NCBI GenBank assembly: GCA_963662525.1
Contig: OY759717.1
Span: forward strand, 1,813,670 to 1,877,669
Source of the DNA: Bacteroidales bacterium
Lineage (GTDB): Bacteria > Bacteroidota > Bacteroidia > Bacteroidales > FEN-979
Direction: 5' to 3'
DNA: 64,000 nt
Positions 42,310 through 52,746 of this stretch are shown here, piece by piece. Under the pieces are notes generated by a model. It had not been told where the DNA came from, did not search any database, and saw only the letters and a program-made list of their open reading frames with translations. Every line of letters starts with the position of its first letter. Within the stretch, counting starts at the first letter, position 1. A program made the translations under genes and the position numbers.

Positions 42310-43548
42310 ATGAAAGAACAAATCATTCAAAGCATCAACGACCCTGAAATGCTTGAAATCTTATTCAGGAAGGATAAAACCGCCTTTATACGTGATTTTG
42401 ATGAAGCCACCGGGGGGATTGATACCAGCCTTGTAAAATTCTGGCAGATCAGACTCAAAAATACAGAGCGGATCCGGCAACATCCGTCGCTGAAAACCGG
42501 ATTCGTGGTTATGGCAGGTATTTCCATCATGATTGCTTTGCTGGTAAGACTGCCGTTGTTCCTGATAAGCATGGCCCCGGAGGAGTTTTACCTCCGGAAC
42601 CTTTGCATCCTGATTTTTTCAGGGCTTACAGCCTGGTTTATTATCAGAAACAAGATCGCAGACCGGAAGAGAATACTCCTTCTTGCTCTTCTTACCCTGA
42701 CGTTGATCATCTTTATGAATCTTTTACCCGAAAAACAGACCGATATATCCATCCTGGCCTTTATGCACATTCCCCTCTTCATGGGATTTATTTTTGCAAT
42801 GGCCTATATTTCTTTCAACATCAGTAATACCGCGAAAGTCTCCGGATTCATACGCTATTGCGGAGAACTGGCCATCATGATCGGGCTGCTGGCCATAGCC
42901 GGAGCGATTTTGTCGGGCATGACCATTGGCATGTTTGAAATTATCGGGATGAAAATAGAGCAATTTTACATGGAAAATGTAGGGATCATCGGCTTGGCAG
43001 TTCTCCCGGTGATTGCTGCCTGGCTGATTGACCTTTACCCGGGAATTACAGACAGGATCGCACCGGTCATTGCAAGGATCTTCACCCCTCTGGTTCTCAT
43101 CGCCGCCAGTAGTTACCTCGTGGCCCTCTCCATTTCCGGGATCAGCCTGTCAGGAAACCGCGAATTCCTGCTGATCTTTAATGTCATGTTGCTGTTCATT
43201 ATGGTAATTATCGTCTTCTCCCTTTCCGAGCTGGACAAATCAGATGTCCGGAAACTGAACCTGATCCTGTTGTTTATCCTTGTGGTGGTTGCCTTGCTGA
43301 TCGATCTGTTTGCACTTTCTGCCATCATTACCAGGCTTTCGGAAGGGTTTACCCCAAACAGGACCGTCGTATTGATTTCCAACATCCTGATCCTGATCAA
43401 TCTGCTGCTTGTTTTGCCAGATCTTTTCTTAGCAGGTTTCAGGGGGAGGCGGCTGGACCGCATGGAAAGGATCATCAACCGGTACCTGCCGGTCTATTTC
43501 ATTTACAGTATCGTGGTGATTTTTATATTTCAACAACTATTTTCCTGA
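42310..43548 (+). CDS. Polytopic membrane protein (possibly DUF4153-like)
   Basis: The ATG at 42310 gives MKEQIIQSINDPEMLEILFRKDKTAFIRDF..., followed by about 10 hydrophobic helices. The family call is from memory only. Confidence 0.5.
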   Translation: MKEQIIQSINDPEMLEILFRKDKTAFIRDFDEATGGIDTSLVKFWQIRLKNTERIRQHPSLKTGFVVMAGISIMIALLVRLPLFLISMAPEEFYLRNLCILIFSGLTAWFIIRNKIADRKRILLLALLTLTLIIFMNLLPEKQTDISILAFMHIPLFMGFIFAMAYISFNISNTAKVSGFIRYCGELAIMIGLLAIAGAILSGMTIGMFEIIGMKIEQFYMENVGIIGLAVLPVIAAWLIDLYPGITDRIAPVIARIFTPLVLIAASSYLVALSISGISLSGNREFLLIFNVMLLFIMVIIVFSLSELDKSDVRKLNLILLFILVVVALLIDLFALSAIITRLSEGFTPNRTVVLISNILILINLLLVLPDLFLAGFRGRRLDRMERIINRYLPVYFIYSIVVIFIFQQLFS

Positions 43549-43574
43549 TTTAAATTTCCGTTGTTAACTGACCG

Positions 43575-44255
43575 CTACTGACAGGTTTCTATCATAAAAT
43601 TATTAAACAGTAAAACAACCTGTCCACCGAGACTGTTCCCGTTGATTGAATATTGTTTACCGGAAGGCAGGCTACCTGTGTCAGTAGTACCTACGGTTGC
43701 GCCGGAGCCTGTGATTACGTCGGTCAGGCTGGCAGTGAGATTTCCATTATCGCAGGTAAATGAGATTTTGTACGTATGGTTAAACGCTAATGCGTAGGTC
43801 TGGGTGGCGAGGGCTGTCATTACACCATCTTCTATTTTATAGATACCGATGACATCGTTCATGGCGATTGCAAAGTAGCCTGATTGTGTCGTGGTGCCGG
43901 CATAAATTAATTTACCACCCACCGCAAATGCGCAGCTTCCACCCGAGAGGGGTGTAGTACATTCAACACTCACCCTGGATTTGCTGTTTTCCACTTCATG
44001 AGTACAAACCACTGCCCAGAAAACACTGTCGGAGGAAATCCTGAGACTGTTATTGAAAATATCGGCAAAACCATGTCCGCCATATTGCGTCGGCTGAATG
44101 ATGACCTGGAAATCACTGCCAATGATGGTGTCGGACCGATGAAAACTATCCGAAAACACGGTCCCCCAGGTGCAATTGTTGTTGTTTGTTTTTTTTGAAC
44201 ATCCGGCAGCAAAGAGTACCAGAAGAACGACGATCGAAAAGCTTGATATTTTCAT
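43575..44255 (-). CDS. Hypothetical lipoprotein
   Basis: Lipobox LFAAGCSKK. All-beta composition. No recognisable motif. Confidence 0.5.
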   Translation of the reverse strand: MKISSFSIVVLLVLFAAGCSKKTNNNNCTWGTVFSDSFHRSDTIIGSDFQVIIQPTQYGGHGFADIFNNSLRISSDSVFWAVVCTHEVENSKSRVSVECTTPLSGGSCAFAVGGKLIYAGTTTQSGYFAIAMNDVIGIYKIEDGVMTALATQTYALAFNHTYKISFTCDNGNLTASLTDVITGSGATVGTTDTGSLPSGKQYSINGNSLGGQVVLLFNNFMIETCQ

Positions 44256-44430
44256 ACGAATGATGATTTGAAATACGTGTAAAGGTAGGTAATAAATTAC
44301 TGAAAGTCAAGGATTCTCAGTATAAATATTCAATATTTGTTGGGGCGAGAAGTGAGTTGAGTGTACTTTTCACAATTTTCTTTATTCCCTTTTTCATTGA
44401 AGCCATGATAACATTTCAGATCAGGTAAAC

Positions 44431-44461
44431 TTGCTTTCAGGATTTTCTTTGTATATATTTG
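44431..44461 (+). promoter_or_regulatory. Candidate promoter (TTG, 20-nt spacer, TATATTTG)
   Basis: TTG at 44431..44433 and TATATTTG at 44454..44461, 124 nt upstream of the ATG at 44585. Confidence 0.4.
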
Positions 44462-44584
44462 CAATTAGCATTCATTACCAAACAAATACTCATACAATGC
44501 ATACCGTCTGCAAGATCTGTACGGATTCCCGACCAATAAATAAATGATTTCCTGAGCACCTTTGAAAACTTAAAACCTGAACTT

Positions 44585-45283
44585 ATGAAAAAAGCAAAAA
44601 CTGGAATTTTTTTGGTGGCTACTTTATTGCTGGTTGCCTTTACATCGTCCTATGAGGGTCCCGATCCTGCCTATTTTAAAGCTTTCGGTTACGGATCAAT
44701 TGCTGCCTCAATCGGGGGGCGCCCTTCCTTTGATCACTATAATCCTGCTCAATTCGACTATCAGAACGGTATTTTTTATATCAATGCTGATGCAGAACGG
44801 CTCGACCTGAGGGCCCTTTTACCCCAGGGCCAGACCTATGGATCGATGATGAGTGCTTTGTTTAAAGCCAAGGCCGGTTTGCTGAAAGACAAAAAGAAAG
44901 AGGCCATTTATTGGTATGCCTGGAGTTCCCATGAATATGACGGTACCAGGAAATATCCCGAATGGAAGAAAGGATCCCCGCATCCGGATTACCATGATAA
45001 AACAGTATGGAGGGAATCCATAAACTTTGAACCTGCAAAAACCTGGATCTCCTCAGCCGCTTATTTTGAAGACGAGGACACCGACTTCAGAACGGATGTG
45101 GTAAATACCTGGTTGAGAATGGCAAAACCCGGAATGCAATTATACATTCTCAATACAGTCGGGTTTGAAAGGTGGGTGAAAGAGGCTGCTTACTGGGATT
45201 ACGGACAAGGAAAAACGGTGACCCCGCTGGAGTTTGTTATGTCTGATGATCACTATGCCTATTGCATACTCCAGATCAAATAA
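44585..45283 (+). CDS. Hypothetical secreted protein
   Basis: Signal peptide MKKAKTGIFLVATLLLVAFTSS. No family recognised. Confidence 0.5.
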   Translation: MKKAKTGIFLVATLLLVAFTSSYEGPDPAYFKAFGYGSIAASIGGRPSFDHYNPAQFDYQNGIFYINADAERLDLRALLPQGQTYGSMMSALFKAKAGLLKDKKKEAIYWYAWSSHEYDGTRKYPEWKKGSPHPDYHDKTVWRESINFEPAKTWISSAAYFEDEDTDFRTDVVNTWLRMAKPGMQLYILNTVGFERWVKEAAYWDYGQGKTVTPLEFVMSDDHYAYCILQIK

Positions 45284-45474
45284 GCGCCTACATCCTGATA
45301 AATTTTTTCGAACCATCAAATGTTCGGATATCCCCTGGCTATTTCATTGGCAGACGGGGAGTAGATGGTGTTTGTGGTATTTAACAGAAGAAATATTTCC
45401 AATTTGTTGATACATGCATTCTATTTATATGTATCTTGCAAGGCATTTAAATTTGAAAACAAGAATCCTGTCCC

Positions 45475-46896
45475 ATGAAAACCAGAACCATCCTCTTGCT
45501 GATCTGCTTGTTCGTCGTGATCAGACTTTTTGCGCAAACGATTCCCGAAGACCAGGCCAGAATTGCGGCCAGCACATCCATTGCTATTTATTCTCCTGAA
45601 GAAGAAAGGACTCCTACTGTCAATGCGGTCAATTTATTCCTGGCGGCAGACAATACCCCCTTATTTTATGTTTATCGTCTGCTGCCCAGGGGATATGTTA
45701 TTATCTCTGCTTTATACGACCTTCCCCCTGTCATTGCTTATTCTTTCAGCGGTATTACAGATCCTGAAGGCCGGTTTCTTGATTTTGTAAGATGGGATCT
45801 TACCCTAAGGATGAAAAACATCCCGGAAATTCCAGTGAAGATGCTGGAAAAGCGGCACAATCAATGGAACCTTCTTTTAACCGGAAGTGATCACAAACGG
45901 GTTTTTCAACAATGGCCGGAGCGGGGAAAAACCCCCGCGGAAGGCTGGATAGAAACCAACTGGACACAGGACGAACCCTATAATTCTTTTTGCCCGATGG
46001 ATCCGGTCACCTCCAGCCGTAGCCTGGCAGGCTGCCCCGCCGTGGCCATGGCCCAGATCATCAATTTTCATTCAACCACAAGCAATGCGCATTTTTCCGA
46101 TGAGGATGATTACTACCATAATTATGCAGGGCGTAAATACTGGATCGATAATGATTACCTGGAAGAAGATTTTCCATCGTTTCTCCAGTTGAACGATTAC
46201 CTTCTGACCCTGAAAACGCATTATCAGCAAGAACTTCCATTGACGGATGCGGATATGGCGGCCCTGGTTTTTGCCTGCGGGGTGGCAGCGAAACAGGTTT
46301 TTGCCTCTAATGGTTCAGGAACATTCGGGGTGGATCAGGCTTATGATGCCTACCTGAAATTCAATGTTTCTACTGTTGAGTTATTGGATGACACCGATAC
46401 CAATCTCTATACACGGATGGCTCAGAATGTCATCGATACGCTTCCGGTTCACCTGGCCGTTGTTAACCCGGGATGGACCATGGGACATAATGTTGTGGTG
46501 GATGGATACAATACAGACAAATATTTTCATCTTAATTTCGGCTGGGGAGGCCCCTATAACGGCTGGTATCTGCTCCCTGATGAGATCCCTTACGGGCTCA
46601 CGGTGATTGAGGGCGCCGTGGTTGACATCATTCCCCAGGAAGTAACCGGAATCAGAGAGCCCGGAGATCAAGCCTTCAGGCTGTTCCCGAATCCTGTCAG
46701 GGAACAACTGACCATTAATTCAGTAAACCCTATTACTAAAGTTGAAGTATATTCGGTTTCCGGACAGCTTCTGGCCGTGAAATTTTCGGATGATACCCGG
46801 GTCTGCCTTGATTTATCGAAATTGGATCGCGGGATTTATCTTGTTAAAATCGTTACCCCTGAGGGTGAAGCCTGGAAACGAGCGGTGAAAGAATAA
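45475..46896 (+). CDS. C10-family cysteine peptidase with a T9SS sorting domain (second copy in the window)
   Basis: WTQDEPYNSFCP...AGCPAVAMAQIINFH (Cys block), MGHNVVVDGYNTDKYFHLNFGWGG (His block), C-terminus FRLFPNPVREQLTIN...VEVYSVSGQLL...GIYLVKIVTPEGEAWKRAVKE. Confidence 0.88.
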   Translation: MKTRTILLLICLFVVIRLFAQTIPEDQARIAASTSIAIYSPEEERTPTVNAVNLFLAADNTPLFYVYRLLPRGYVIISALYDLPPVIAYSFSGITDPEGRFLDFVRWDLTLRMKNIPEIPVKMLEKRHNQWNLLLTGSDHKRVFQQWPERGKTPAEGWIETNWTQDEPYNSFCPMDPVTSSRSLAGCPAVAMAQIINFHSTTSNAHFSDEDDYYHNYAGRKYWIDNDYLEEDFPSFLQLNDYLLTLKTHYQQELPLTDADMAALVFACGVAAKQVFASNGSGTFGVDQAYDAYLKFNVSTVELLDDTDTNLYTRMAQNVIDTLPVHLAVVNPGWTMGHNVVVDGYNTDKYFHLNFGWGGPYNGWYLLPDEIPYGLTVIEGAVVDIIPQEVTGIREPGDQAFRLFPNPVREQLTINSVNPITKVEVYSVSGQLLAVKFSDDTRVCLDLSKLDRGIYLVKIVTPEGEAWKRAVKE

Positions 46897-46898
46897 GT

Positions 46899-47726
46899 TT
46901 ATAATGCAGTTTTGAAAAGCCTTTCCATCACCGATTTAATTTCTTCCCGCTTGATTGGTTTGCTGATATATTCATTAAAACCTTCCAATAGAAACTTCTC
47001 CCGGTCTCCCATCGCTGCATAGGCAGTTACCGCGATGATAGGAATTTTCTCATAACCAGGCTGTTTGCGGATTTCATGCATGGCCTGGGTACCATCCATC
47101 CCCTGTCCGAGGTTGATGTCCATGAGAATAGCATCAAATTTTTCACGATGGGTCATTTCAATGGCCGACAATGCGGTTTTAGTGGAAAAAATATTGCAGT
47201 ATCTCCGGATATAGATCATCAGGAGATTGATGTTGACCATATTATCTTCCACGATCAGCACATTGGGCAGTTTCTTGCCGGCCGACTTGGGGCGTATTCG
47301 CCCTCCGGATTCCTTCCTGACGTTCATCACCGGTGAGGGATCCGGAATGCTGTCCTCGGGAATCACCTCCCCGGCTTCGAAGGCAAAGCGTTGAATGGTG
47401 TTATCCAGGACACTTTTCATTTTTTTTGCAGAAAAAACAATCTGCTCTGTTTTCCAACGGGCTTCTTCGTCGACCAGTTCTTCCATAAGGATTTCCGAAA
47501 AACCAAGGATTCCGCACATCGGACTGCGCAGGCTATGGTCGACTTCCGCCCATAATTTCAACAGATCTTTTTTTTCAATAAGGTCAGCATCACCCTGGTT
47601 ATGCATTAATTCGGAGATAATGCCATGAATGGTTTCGAACATGGAATTCAGGTCCTTTTTCCCATGAACCAGTTCCAGGATACGGAATACGGCATGATTT
47701 ACCTGTTCGTTCTGAGATTCTTTCAT
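46899..47726 (-). CDS. HisKA-like phosphoacceptor domain fused to REC, with no ATPase domain
   Basis: LWAEVDHSLRSPMCGILGFSEILMEEL (H-box) then NVLIVEDNMVNINLL...DAILMDINLGQGMDGTQ...IIAVTAYA...YISKPI. No N/G1/G2 ATP-binding boxes. Confidence 0.75.
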   Translation of the reverse strand: MKESQNEQVNHAVFRILELVHGKKDLNSMFETIHGIISELMHNQGDADLIEKKDLLKLWAEVDHSLRSPMCGILGFSEILMEELVDEEARWKTEQIVFSAKKMKSVLDNTIQRFAFEAGEVIPEDSIPDPSPVMNVRKESGGRIRPKSAGKKLPNVLIVEDNMVNINLLMIYIRRYCNIFSTKTALSAIEMTHREKFDAILMDINLGQGMDGTQAMHEIRKQPGYEKIPIIAVTAYAAMGDREKFLLEGFNEYISKPIKREEIKSVMERLFKTAL

Positions 47727-47745
47727 TGAAAGCCAAAGTATCTGT

Positions 47746-47753
47746 CAAAGATA
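47746..47753 (-). promoter_or_regulatory. -7 promoter box (TATCTTTG on the minus strand) for 46899..47726
   Basis: Exact TAnnTTTG match, 20 nt upstream of the ATG at 47726. Confidence 0.5.
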
Positions 47754-47763
47754 CGGCTGAAAA

Positions 47764-49839
47764 CTATTTTTCCAAACGTTTCTTTTCTTCGATTTTCTTA
47801 ATGATTTCTTCCTGAAGAAGTTTTGGCAGGGGGGTGTATTTATAAAACTCCATGGAATAGTTGGCCCGTCCGCTGGAAATATTCCGCAACTGGGTGGCAT
47901 AGCCAAACATTTCCATCAGGGGAACAAAGGCATTGACCTTTTGGGAGCCTTTACGGTAACGGCGCATGGCTTCGATCTTGCCGCGACGGCGGTTCAGATT
48001 TCCCACCACATCTCCGATATATTCATCCGGGGTATTTACTTCCACTTTCATCATGGGTTCCAGCAAGATCGGATCAGCTTTCATAAAGCCCTGCTTAAAG
48101 CCGATAGAACCACAGGTCTGAAAAGCCATATCAGAACTGTCCACCGGATGGAAACTGCCGTCCAGCAGCACTACTTTCACGTCAACAATCGGGAATCCTG
48201 CCAGTACTCCTCGTTCCAGGGTTTTTTGAATGCCTTTGTTAACCGAAGGAATGTATTCGGCAGGGATGTTTCCGCCTTTGATTTTTTCGATGAATTCATA
48301 ACCTTTGCCTTCATTGGGCTCGATGCGCATCACTGTATGGGCAAATTGTCCCTTTCCACCGGTTTGCTTGGAGTGTTTGTAATTCGACTCCACTTCCGCG
48401 GTGATGGTTTCACGGAAGGCTACGGAGGGTTCTCCCACTTCGGCTTCCACTTTAAATTCATGTTTCAGGCGGTCGATGATGATCTCCAGGTGAAGTTCGC
48501 CCATGCCGGCGATCACGGTTTCTTCTGTTTCATCATCAAATCGTACATTGAATGAGGGATCTTCCATGGCCAGTTTATGCAGGGCTTCGCCCAGTTTCTG
48601 CTGGTCGGCACGTTTGACCGGACTGATTTTAAGCTCAATGACACTGGGCGGGATATGAATATTTTCGAGCATCAGCCGATGGCTGTCATCGCAAAGGGTA
48701 TCTCCTGTCTTGGTGACTTTCATTCCGATCAGGGCGACAATATCGCCCGGACCTGCTTCGGAGATCTCTTCCCGGTCTTTGGCGTGAATCCTGAAAATCC
48801 GGCCTACGCGCTCATGTTTGCCCTTGGTGGCGTTATATACCTGCATGCCGTTTCTCAGTGTTCCGGAGAAAATCCGCGTAAAAGTCTGTTGTCCAACAAA
48901 TGGATCATGGATCAGTTTAAAGGCCAGAGCTGAAAATGGTTCTTTGGGAGAGGGATGAATCGTATGCAGTTTCTCGGGATCATCAAGGTCGGTACCTGTG
49001 ACGGCACCGACATCTATCGGGGAAGGCAGATAGTCAATAACGGCATCCAGCAGCATCTGAACTCCTTTGTTTTTATATGCGGCGCCACAAAATACCGGGG
49101 TGATCAGGAGCTTCAGGGTGGTATCCCGCAAAGCTTTTTTCATCAGCTCTGCTGAAACTTCTTTGTCTTCCATGAACAATTCCATGACCTCATCGTTGAA
49201 TTCTGCCAGTTTTTCGACTGCCCAGGCACGTGCTTCCTCGGTTTTTTGTTGGTACTCTTCCGGGATGGGAATTTCAATCTGCTCCAGTTCCTGGAAAGCA
49301 TAGGCTTTCCGGTGTATGATGTCGATGATCCCTTCAAAATGTTCTTCAGCTCCGATGGGGATCTGAAAAGGAACGGCATTGGCGTCAAGGTACTTATTCA
49401 TCTGCGACACGACGGCCGGGAAATCAGCGCCGGTGCGGTCCATCTTGTTGATAAAGGCAAAGCGGGGAACCCGGTAACGATCGGCCTGGTTCCATACTGT
49501 TTCGCTTTGTGGCTCTACCCCGCCGACTGCACAAAATACAGCCACCATGCCGTCAATGACCCTGAGTGAGCGTTCAACCTCAACGGTAAAATCAACGTGG
49601 CCGGGAGTATCGATAAGGTTGATCTGATGATCTTTCCAGATACACGAAATGGCGGCAGAGGCAATAGTAATTCCGCGCTCCTGTTCCTGTTTCATGAAGT
49701 CCATGGTGGCTTGTCCGTCGTGGACTTCCCCCATTTTCCGGTTGGTACCGGTAAAAAATAAAATACGTTCAGTGACGGTTGTTTTGCCGGCATCAATATG
49801 TGCCGCAATCCCGATATTTCTTAATCTGTTCAATGGCAT
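47764..49839 (-). CDS. fusA: Elongation factor G (canonical GTPase motifs)
   Basis: The ATG at 49839 gives [31 protein letters not shown]. Switch [18 protein letters not shown]3 [13 protein letters not shown], and all five EF-G domains by length (691 aa). Confidence 0.9.
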   Translation of the reverse strand: MPLNRLRNIGIAAHIDAGKTTVTERILFFTGTNRKMGEVHDGQATMDFMKQEQERGITIASAAISCIWKDHQINLIDTPGHVDFTVEVERSLRVIDGMVAVFCAVGGVEPQSETVWNQADRYRVPRFAFINKMDRTGADFPAVVSQMNKYLDANAVPFQIPIGAEEHFEGIIDIIHRKAYAFQELEQIEIPIPEEYQQKTEEARAWAVEKLAEFNDEVMELFMEDKEVSAELMKKALRDTTLKLLITPVFCGAAYKNKGVQMLLDAVIDYLPSPIDVGAVTGTDLDDPEKLHTIHPSPKEPFSALAFKLIHDPFVGQQTFTRIFSGTLRNGMQVYNATKGKHERVGRIFRIHAKDREEISEAGPGDIVALIGMKVTKTGDTLCDDSHRLMLENIHIPPSVIELKISPVKRADQQKLGEALHKLAMEDPSFNVRFDDETEETVIAGMGELHLEIIIDRLKHEFKVEAEVGEPSVAFRETITAEVESNYKHSKQTGGKGQFAHTVMRIEPNEGKGYEFIEKIKGGNIPAEYIPSVNKGIQKTLERGVLAGFPIVDVKVVLLDGSFHPVDSSDMAFQTCGSIGFKQGFMKADPILLEPMMKVEVNTPDEYIGDVVGNLNRRRGKIEAMRRYRKGSQKVNAFVPLMEMFGYATQLRNISSGRANYSMEFYKYTPLPKLLQEEIIKKIEEKKRLEK

Positions 49840-49863
49840 AATAAGGGTGTTTTTTTGGGGGTG

Positions 49864-49871
49864 CAAAGGTA
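49864..49871 (-). promoter_or_regulatory. -7 promoter box (TACCTTTG on the minus strand) for EF-G
   Basis: Exact TAnnTTTG match, 25 nt upstream of the ATG at 49839. Confidence 0.5.
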
Positions 49872-49907
49872 CATTAATTTTCTGATTTACAGATCAAAAT
49901 ATAGTAT

Positions 49908-49915
49908 TAAATTTG
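49908..49915 (+). promoter_or_regulatory. -7 promoter box (TAAATTTG) for 49937..50599
   Basis: Exact TAnnTTTG match, 22 nt upstream of the ATG at 49937. Confidence 0.5.
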
Positions 49916-49936
49916 TGTTAACATTAAAAGTTAGAT

Positions 49937-50599
49937 ATGAAAACAGTTATTACCGGAGCCAGTGGACTGATCGGAGGTTATCTTCTTAAACATTTGTTAA
50001 GCGACGAATTTTATTCGGAAATTATTGTCCTGGCAAGGAAGCCCCTGGGATTTTCTCACCCCCGGCTTAAGGAATTAATACTGGATTTTTCCGGGATTCA
50101 TAAGATTGAAAAAATAGATGCAGCACATTTTTTCTGCTGTCTGGGAACGACCATTAGAAAAGCAGGAACCCGTGAACGTTTCCGGGAAGTCGATTTTTCT
50201 TATGTGGCAGCGTTTGCCAAGCTTGCAGAAAGATCAGGCGCCAGGGTCTTTCAGGTCGTTTCTTCGATCGGGGCCGATCCTCTGTCCCGGAATTTCTACC
50301 TCCAGGTCAAGGGGGAAATGGAAGAATCCGTCAGGTCCGCCAGTATCCCGTCCATCGTTATTTTCCGTCCTTCGATGTTGATGGGTGAAAGGAAGGAATT
50401 CCGGTTTGGGGAAGAAGCCGGAAAATTCCTGATGAAAGGCTTGAATTTACTGCTGGTAGGGAAATGGAAAAAGTACCGGGGGATCGAAGGATCAGCTGTG
50501 GCAGAAGCAATGTTTTTACTGGCAAAAGAAGGGAAGAATGGAATCATGATCCTGGAATCCGATAAAATTCAGGAACTGGCCGACAAGGCAAACAGTTAA
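49937..50599 (+). CDS. NAD(P)H-binding atypical SDR-like oxidoreductase
   Basis: Rossmann motif MKTVITGASGLIGGYLLKHLL. About 220 aa, similar in layout to NmrA/HTATIP2-like proteins. Confidence 0.7.
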   Translation: MKTVITGASGLIGGYLLKHLLSDEFYSEIIVLARKPLGFSHPRLKELILDFSGIHKIEKIDAAHFFCCLGTTIRKAGTRERFREVDFSYVAAFAKLAERSGARVFQVVSSIGADPLSRNFYLQVKGEMEESVRSASIPSIVIFRPSMLMGERKEFRFGEEAGKFLMKGLNLLLVGKWKKYRGIEGSAVAEAMFLLAKEGKNGIMILESDKIQELADKANS

Positions 50600-50602
50600 T
50601 CT

Positions 50603-51667
50603 TTATTTATTCAGTGTTTCCTGGCTTCTTTTCAGCTCTATGGCTTGTGTGAAGTCGATCACTGAACCCTGAATATCGCCTTTTGCTTTGCGTGCAAATC
50701 CGCGATAATAATAAGCATCACCAAAATCAGGCTGGAATTGTATAGCAGTGGTAAAATCACGGATAGCCCGGTCGAACCGCTGCATTTTCAGATAAACGAT
50801 TCCCCGGTTACAGTAGGCTGGCAGTAAACGGTTGTTTTTCTTGAGCGCCTTGTTCAGATCACTGATGGATTTGTCGTATTTTTCCATGAAACCATAAAGG
50901 CATCCCCGGTTATTAAAGGCCCGGGCATCATTGCCATTCCCGGCCAGCAGCATATCATAGGCTTTCTGCGATTGAACCAGGTCGGCCGACAGGCGGTAAA
51001 AATACCCCATGCCAAGCAATAAAATGGAGTCTTCTGATTTGTCAAGCTCTCTGGCTTTTAAAAACAGGTCAACAGCTTTTTTATAACGGCCAATGGTAAA
51101 GCAATAATTGGCATAATTAAAATGCGCTTCGTAGAATTTGGTTTCCTTGGTGGAAAACCCGAACATGGCATCAATCAGGGCGGTATCAATGGATTGATGC
51201 AGCACCTCATTGGTACCAAGCAAAAAAGAAAAAAAGACACGATCTTTGGCAAAGGGCAGGTTTTCCCAGTACTCCGGTTTCTTTAACTCGGTTACAGGAG
51301 CCTCAAGGGCATAACTGCAGATGCTGTAAATGCTGTCGGGCATATCCAGCTGCATGAAAGCCATACCCAGATAAAAGTTGCAGACAGGTTTGGAAAGGGT
51401 TGAATCCCGGCGGGCAATTTTAAAATCCTGAATGGCTTCAATAAAATTCCGTTCATCCATATAACTGATGCCCCTGTAAAAATGAACGGCTCCGGTCGTA
51501 GTACTCCTGGGAAAAAGGTCCTCTTTGGTGGAGTCGGCCAGGGAGGAAATATCGGTTCTATAGGAAACCGGGTAAATTTCTTTCAGTTCAAGTGCCTGCC
51601 CCCATCCCTGAATACAGACCAGGGCGAATAACAGCAAATGAGTCAAAAACAAATGTTTCCTATTCAT
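50603..51667 (-). CDS. Tetratricopeptide-repeat protein, secreted
   Basis: Signal peptide. Several 34-aa TPR-like units (e.g. AYCNRGIVYLKMQRFDRAIRDFTTAIQFQPDFGDAYYYRGFA). Confidence 0.75.
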   Translation of the reverse strand: MNRKHLFLTHLLLFALVCIQGWGQALELKEIYPVSYRTDISSLADSTKEDLFPRSTTTGAVHFYRGISYMDERNFIEAIQDFKIARRDSTLSKPVCNFYLGMAFMQLDMPDSIYSICSYALEAPVTELKKPEYWENLPFAKDRVFFSFLLGTNEVLHQSIDTALIDAMFGFSTKETKFYEAHFNYANYCFTIGRYKKAVDLFLKARELDKSEDSILLLGMGYFYRLSADLVQSQKAYDMLLAGNGNDARAFNNRGCLYGFMEKYDKSISDLNKALKKNNRLLPAYCNRGIVYLKMQRFDRAIRDFTTAIQFQPDFGDAYYYRGFARKAKGDIQGSVIDFTQAIELKRSQETLNK

Positions 51668-51757
51668 TTTTAAAAATTTAATTCAAAAATACTCTTTTTT
51701 ACCAAATGAAAATATTCAGTTTTTAGGTATTTTTACAGAATAAAGTAACAAATAAGC

Positions 51758-51781
51758 TCACCAATTCACCAACTCACCAAC
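51758..51781 (+). repeat. Octamer tandem array (TCACCAAN)x3 abutting the start codon of the channel gene
   Basis: tcaccaat tcaccaac tcaccaac, ending 4 nt before the ATG at 51786. Confidence 0.85.
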
Positions 51782-51785
51782 TTCC

Positions 51786-52607
51786 ATGAATTTCCGGCTT
51801 AAGACAAAAGAGGTTTTCGTTTTTATCCTGCTTGCACTAGGAATTTATCTGTTGTTTATCTTCGGGTTTGCTTACCTCTATTTTGTTACCCGGAGCATTG
51901 AAATGACGCCGTATTCCAAACCATTTACTGACCATCTGACCTTCGAGAAGGCCGTTTATTTCAGTATCGTCTCGTTTCACACAATTGGTTTTGGTGATAT
52001 CCACCCGATCACCCAAACCGGCCGGCAGATCGTGATGGTACAGTCGACTATTTCCCTTTTCTTCACCTCTATTTTTTCTGGATTCCTTGTTTATTTTGTA
52101 ATCAAGCGTCCCCAGGATGTTTTTACAACCAGGAAAATCTATATCCGTTACCGGAAAGATCATTATTTTCTATCCCTGAGAATTGGAAATAAAGGTCGCG
52201 ACATCATCGATGTGAAAAGCAAATTTGAAGTCTGGAACATTGTTAATAATACCCGTGTTAGGATATTTCATTTCGAAGAAGAGCTGCCCGACCTGGAGAA
52301 GATACTCTATTACGATCTTGATCTGGGGGCTCCGGAAAATCTTGCCCTTCATGACGCCATTCACCATGCCATGGAAAACGGAAGTCTGCTGCATATGAAA
52401 TTTTCTTTCATCGGCAATGATATTAAAACCGGGGAGCAGGTGGCTTTTGCCAAATATTATGATTCACACAGTCTGAGCTTCGGAAAAATGTTCCTGAATG
52501 TATATTCCTGGAATACGAACGGTCGGCGAAGAAACTTCCGCTGGGCCAATTTTGAGCGGATTGAAGAAATGGAAACTGAAAGGATCAATATCTTTCTGAA
52601 CCGCTAA
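51786..52607 (+). CDS. Two-TM potassium channel family protein with a cytoplasmic C-terminal domain (Kir-like architecture)
   Basis: Two TM helices flank the pore signature SFHTIGFGDIHP (TxGxGD selectivity-filter type). The ~170-aa soluble tail is beta-rich. Confidence 0.7.
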   Translation: MNFRLKTKEVFVFILLALGIYLLFIFGFAYLYFVTRSIEMTPYSKPFTDHLTFEKAVYFSIVSFHTIGFGDIHPITQTGRQIVMVQSTISLFFTSIFSGFLVYFVIKRPQDVFTTRKIYIRYRKDHYFLSLRIGNKGRDIIDVKSKFEVWNIVNNTRVRIFHFEEELPDLEKILYYDLDLGAPENLALHDAIHHAMENGSLLHMKFSFIGNDIKTGEQVAFAKYYDSHSLSFGKMFLNVYSWNTNGRRRNFRWANFERIEEMETERINIFLNR

Positions 52608-52746
52608 AAATCAGCATTCAGCGTTTGTTTTACCACCTTTACCGATTTCCGGCTGCAAGCATATAAAAAAATTGCGATTTTGCCGTTTCATTGTAACGTT
52701 TTCAATGTGATGCAGTCTAATTGGCTGCTCAGCAAATTTCAATTCA

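Noticed and set aside
42032-42330. Small minus-strand ORFs (64 and 69 aa) between the GDPD gene and the membrane-protein gene.
   Set aside because: They lie in an AT-rich promoter region, overlap the GDPD start, and have no start context or recognisable features.
47941-49569. Plus-strand ORFs of 204, 118, 66, 78 and 107 aa opposite EF-G.
   Set aside because: They are antisense to a highly conserved gene, and their translations are His/Phe/Gly-rich nonsense typical of the EF-G antisense frame.
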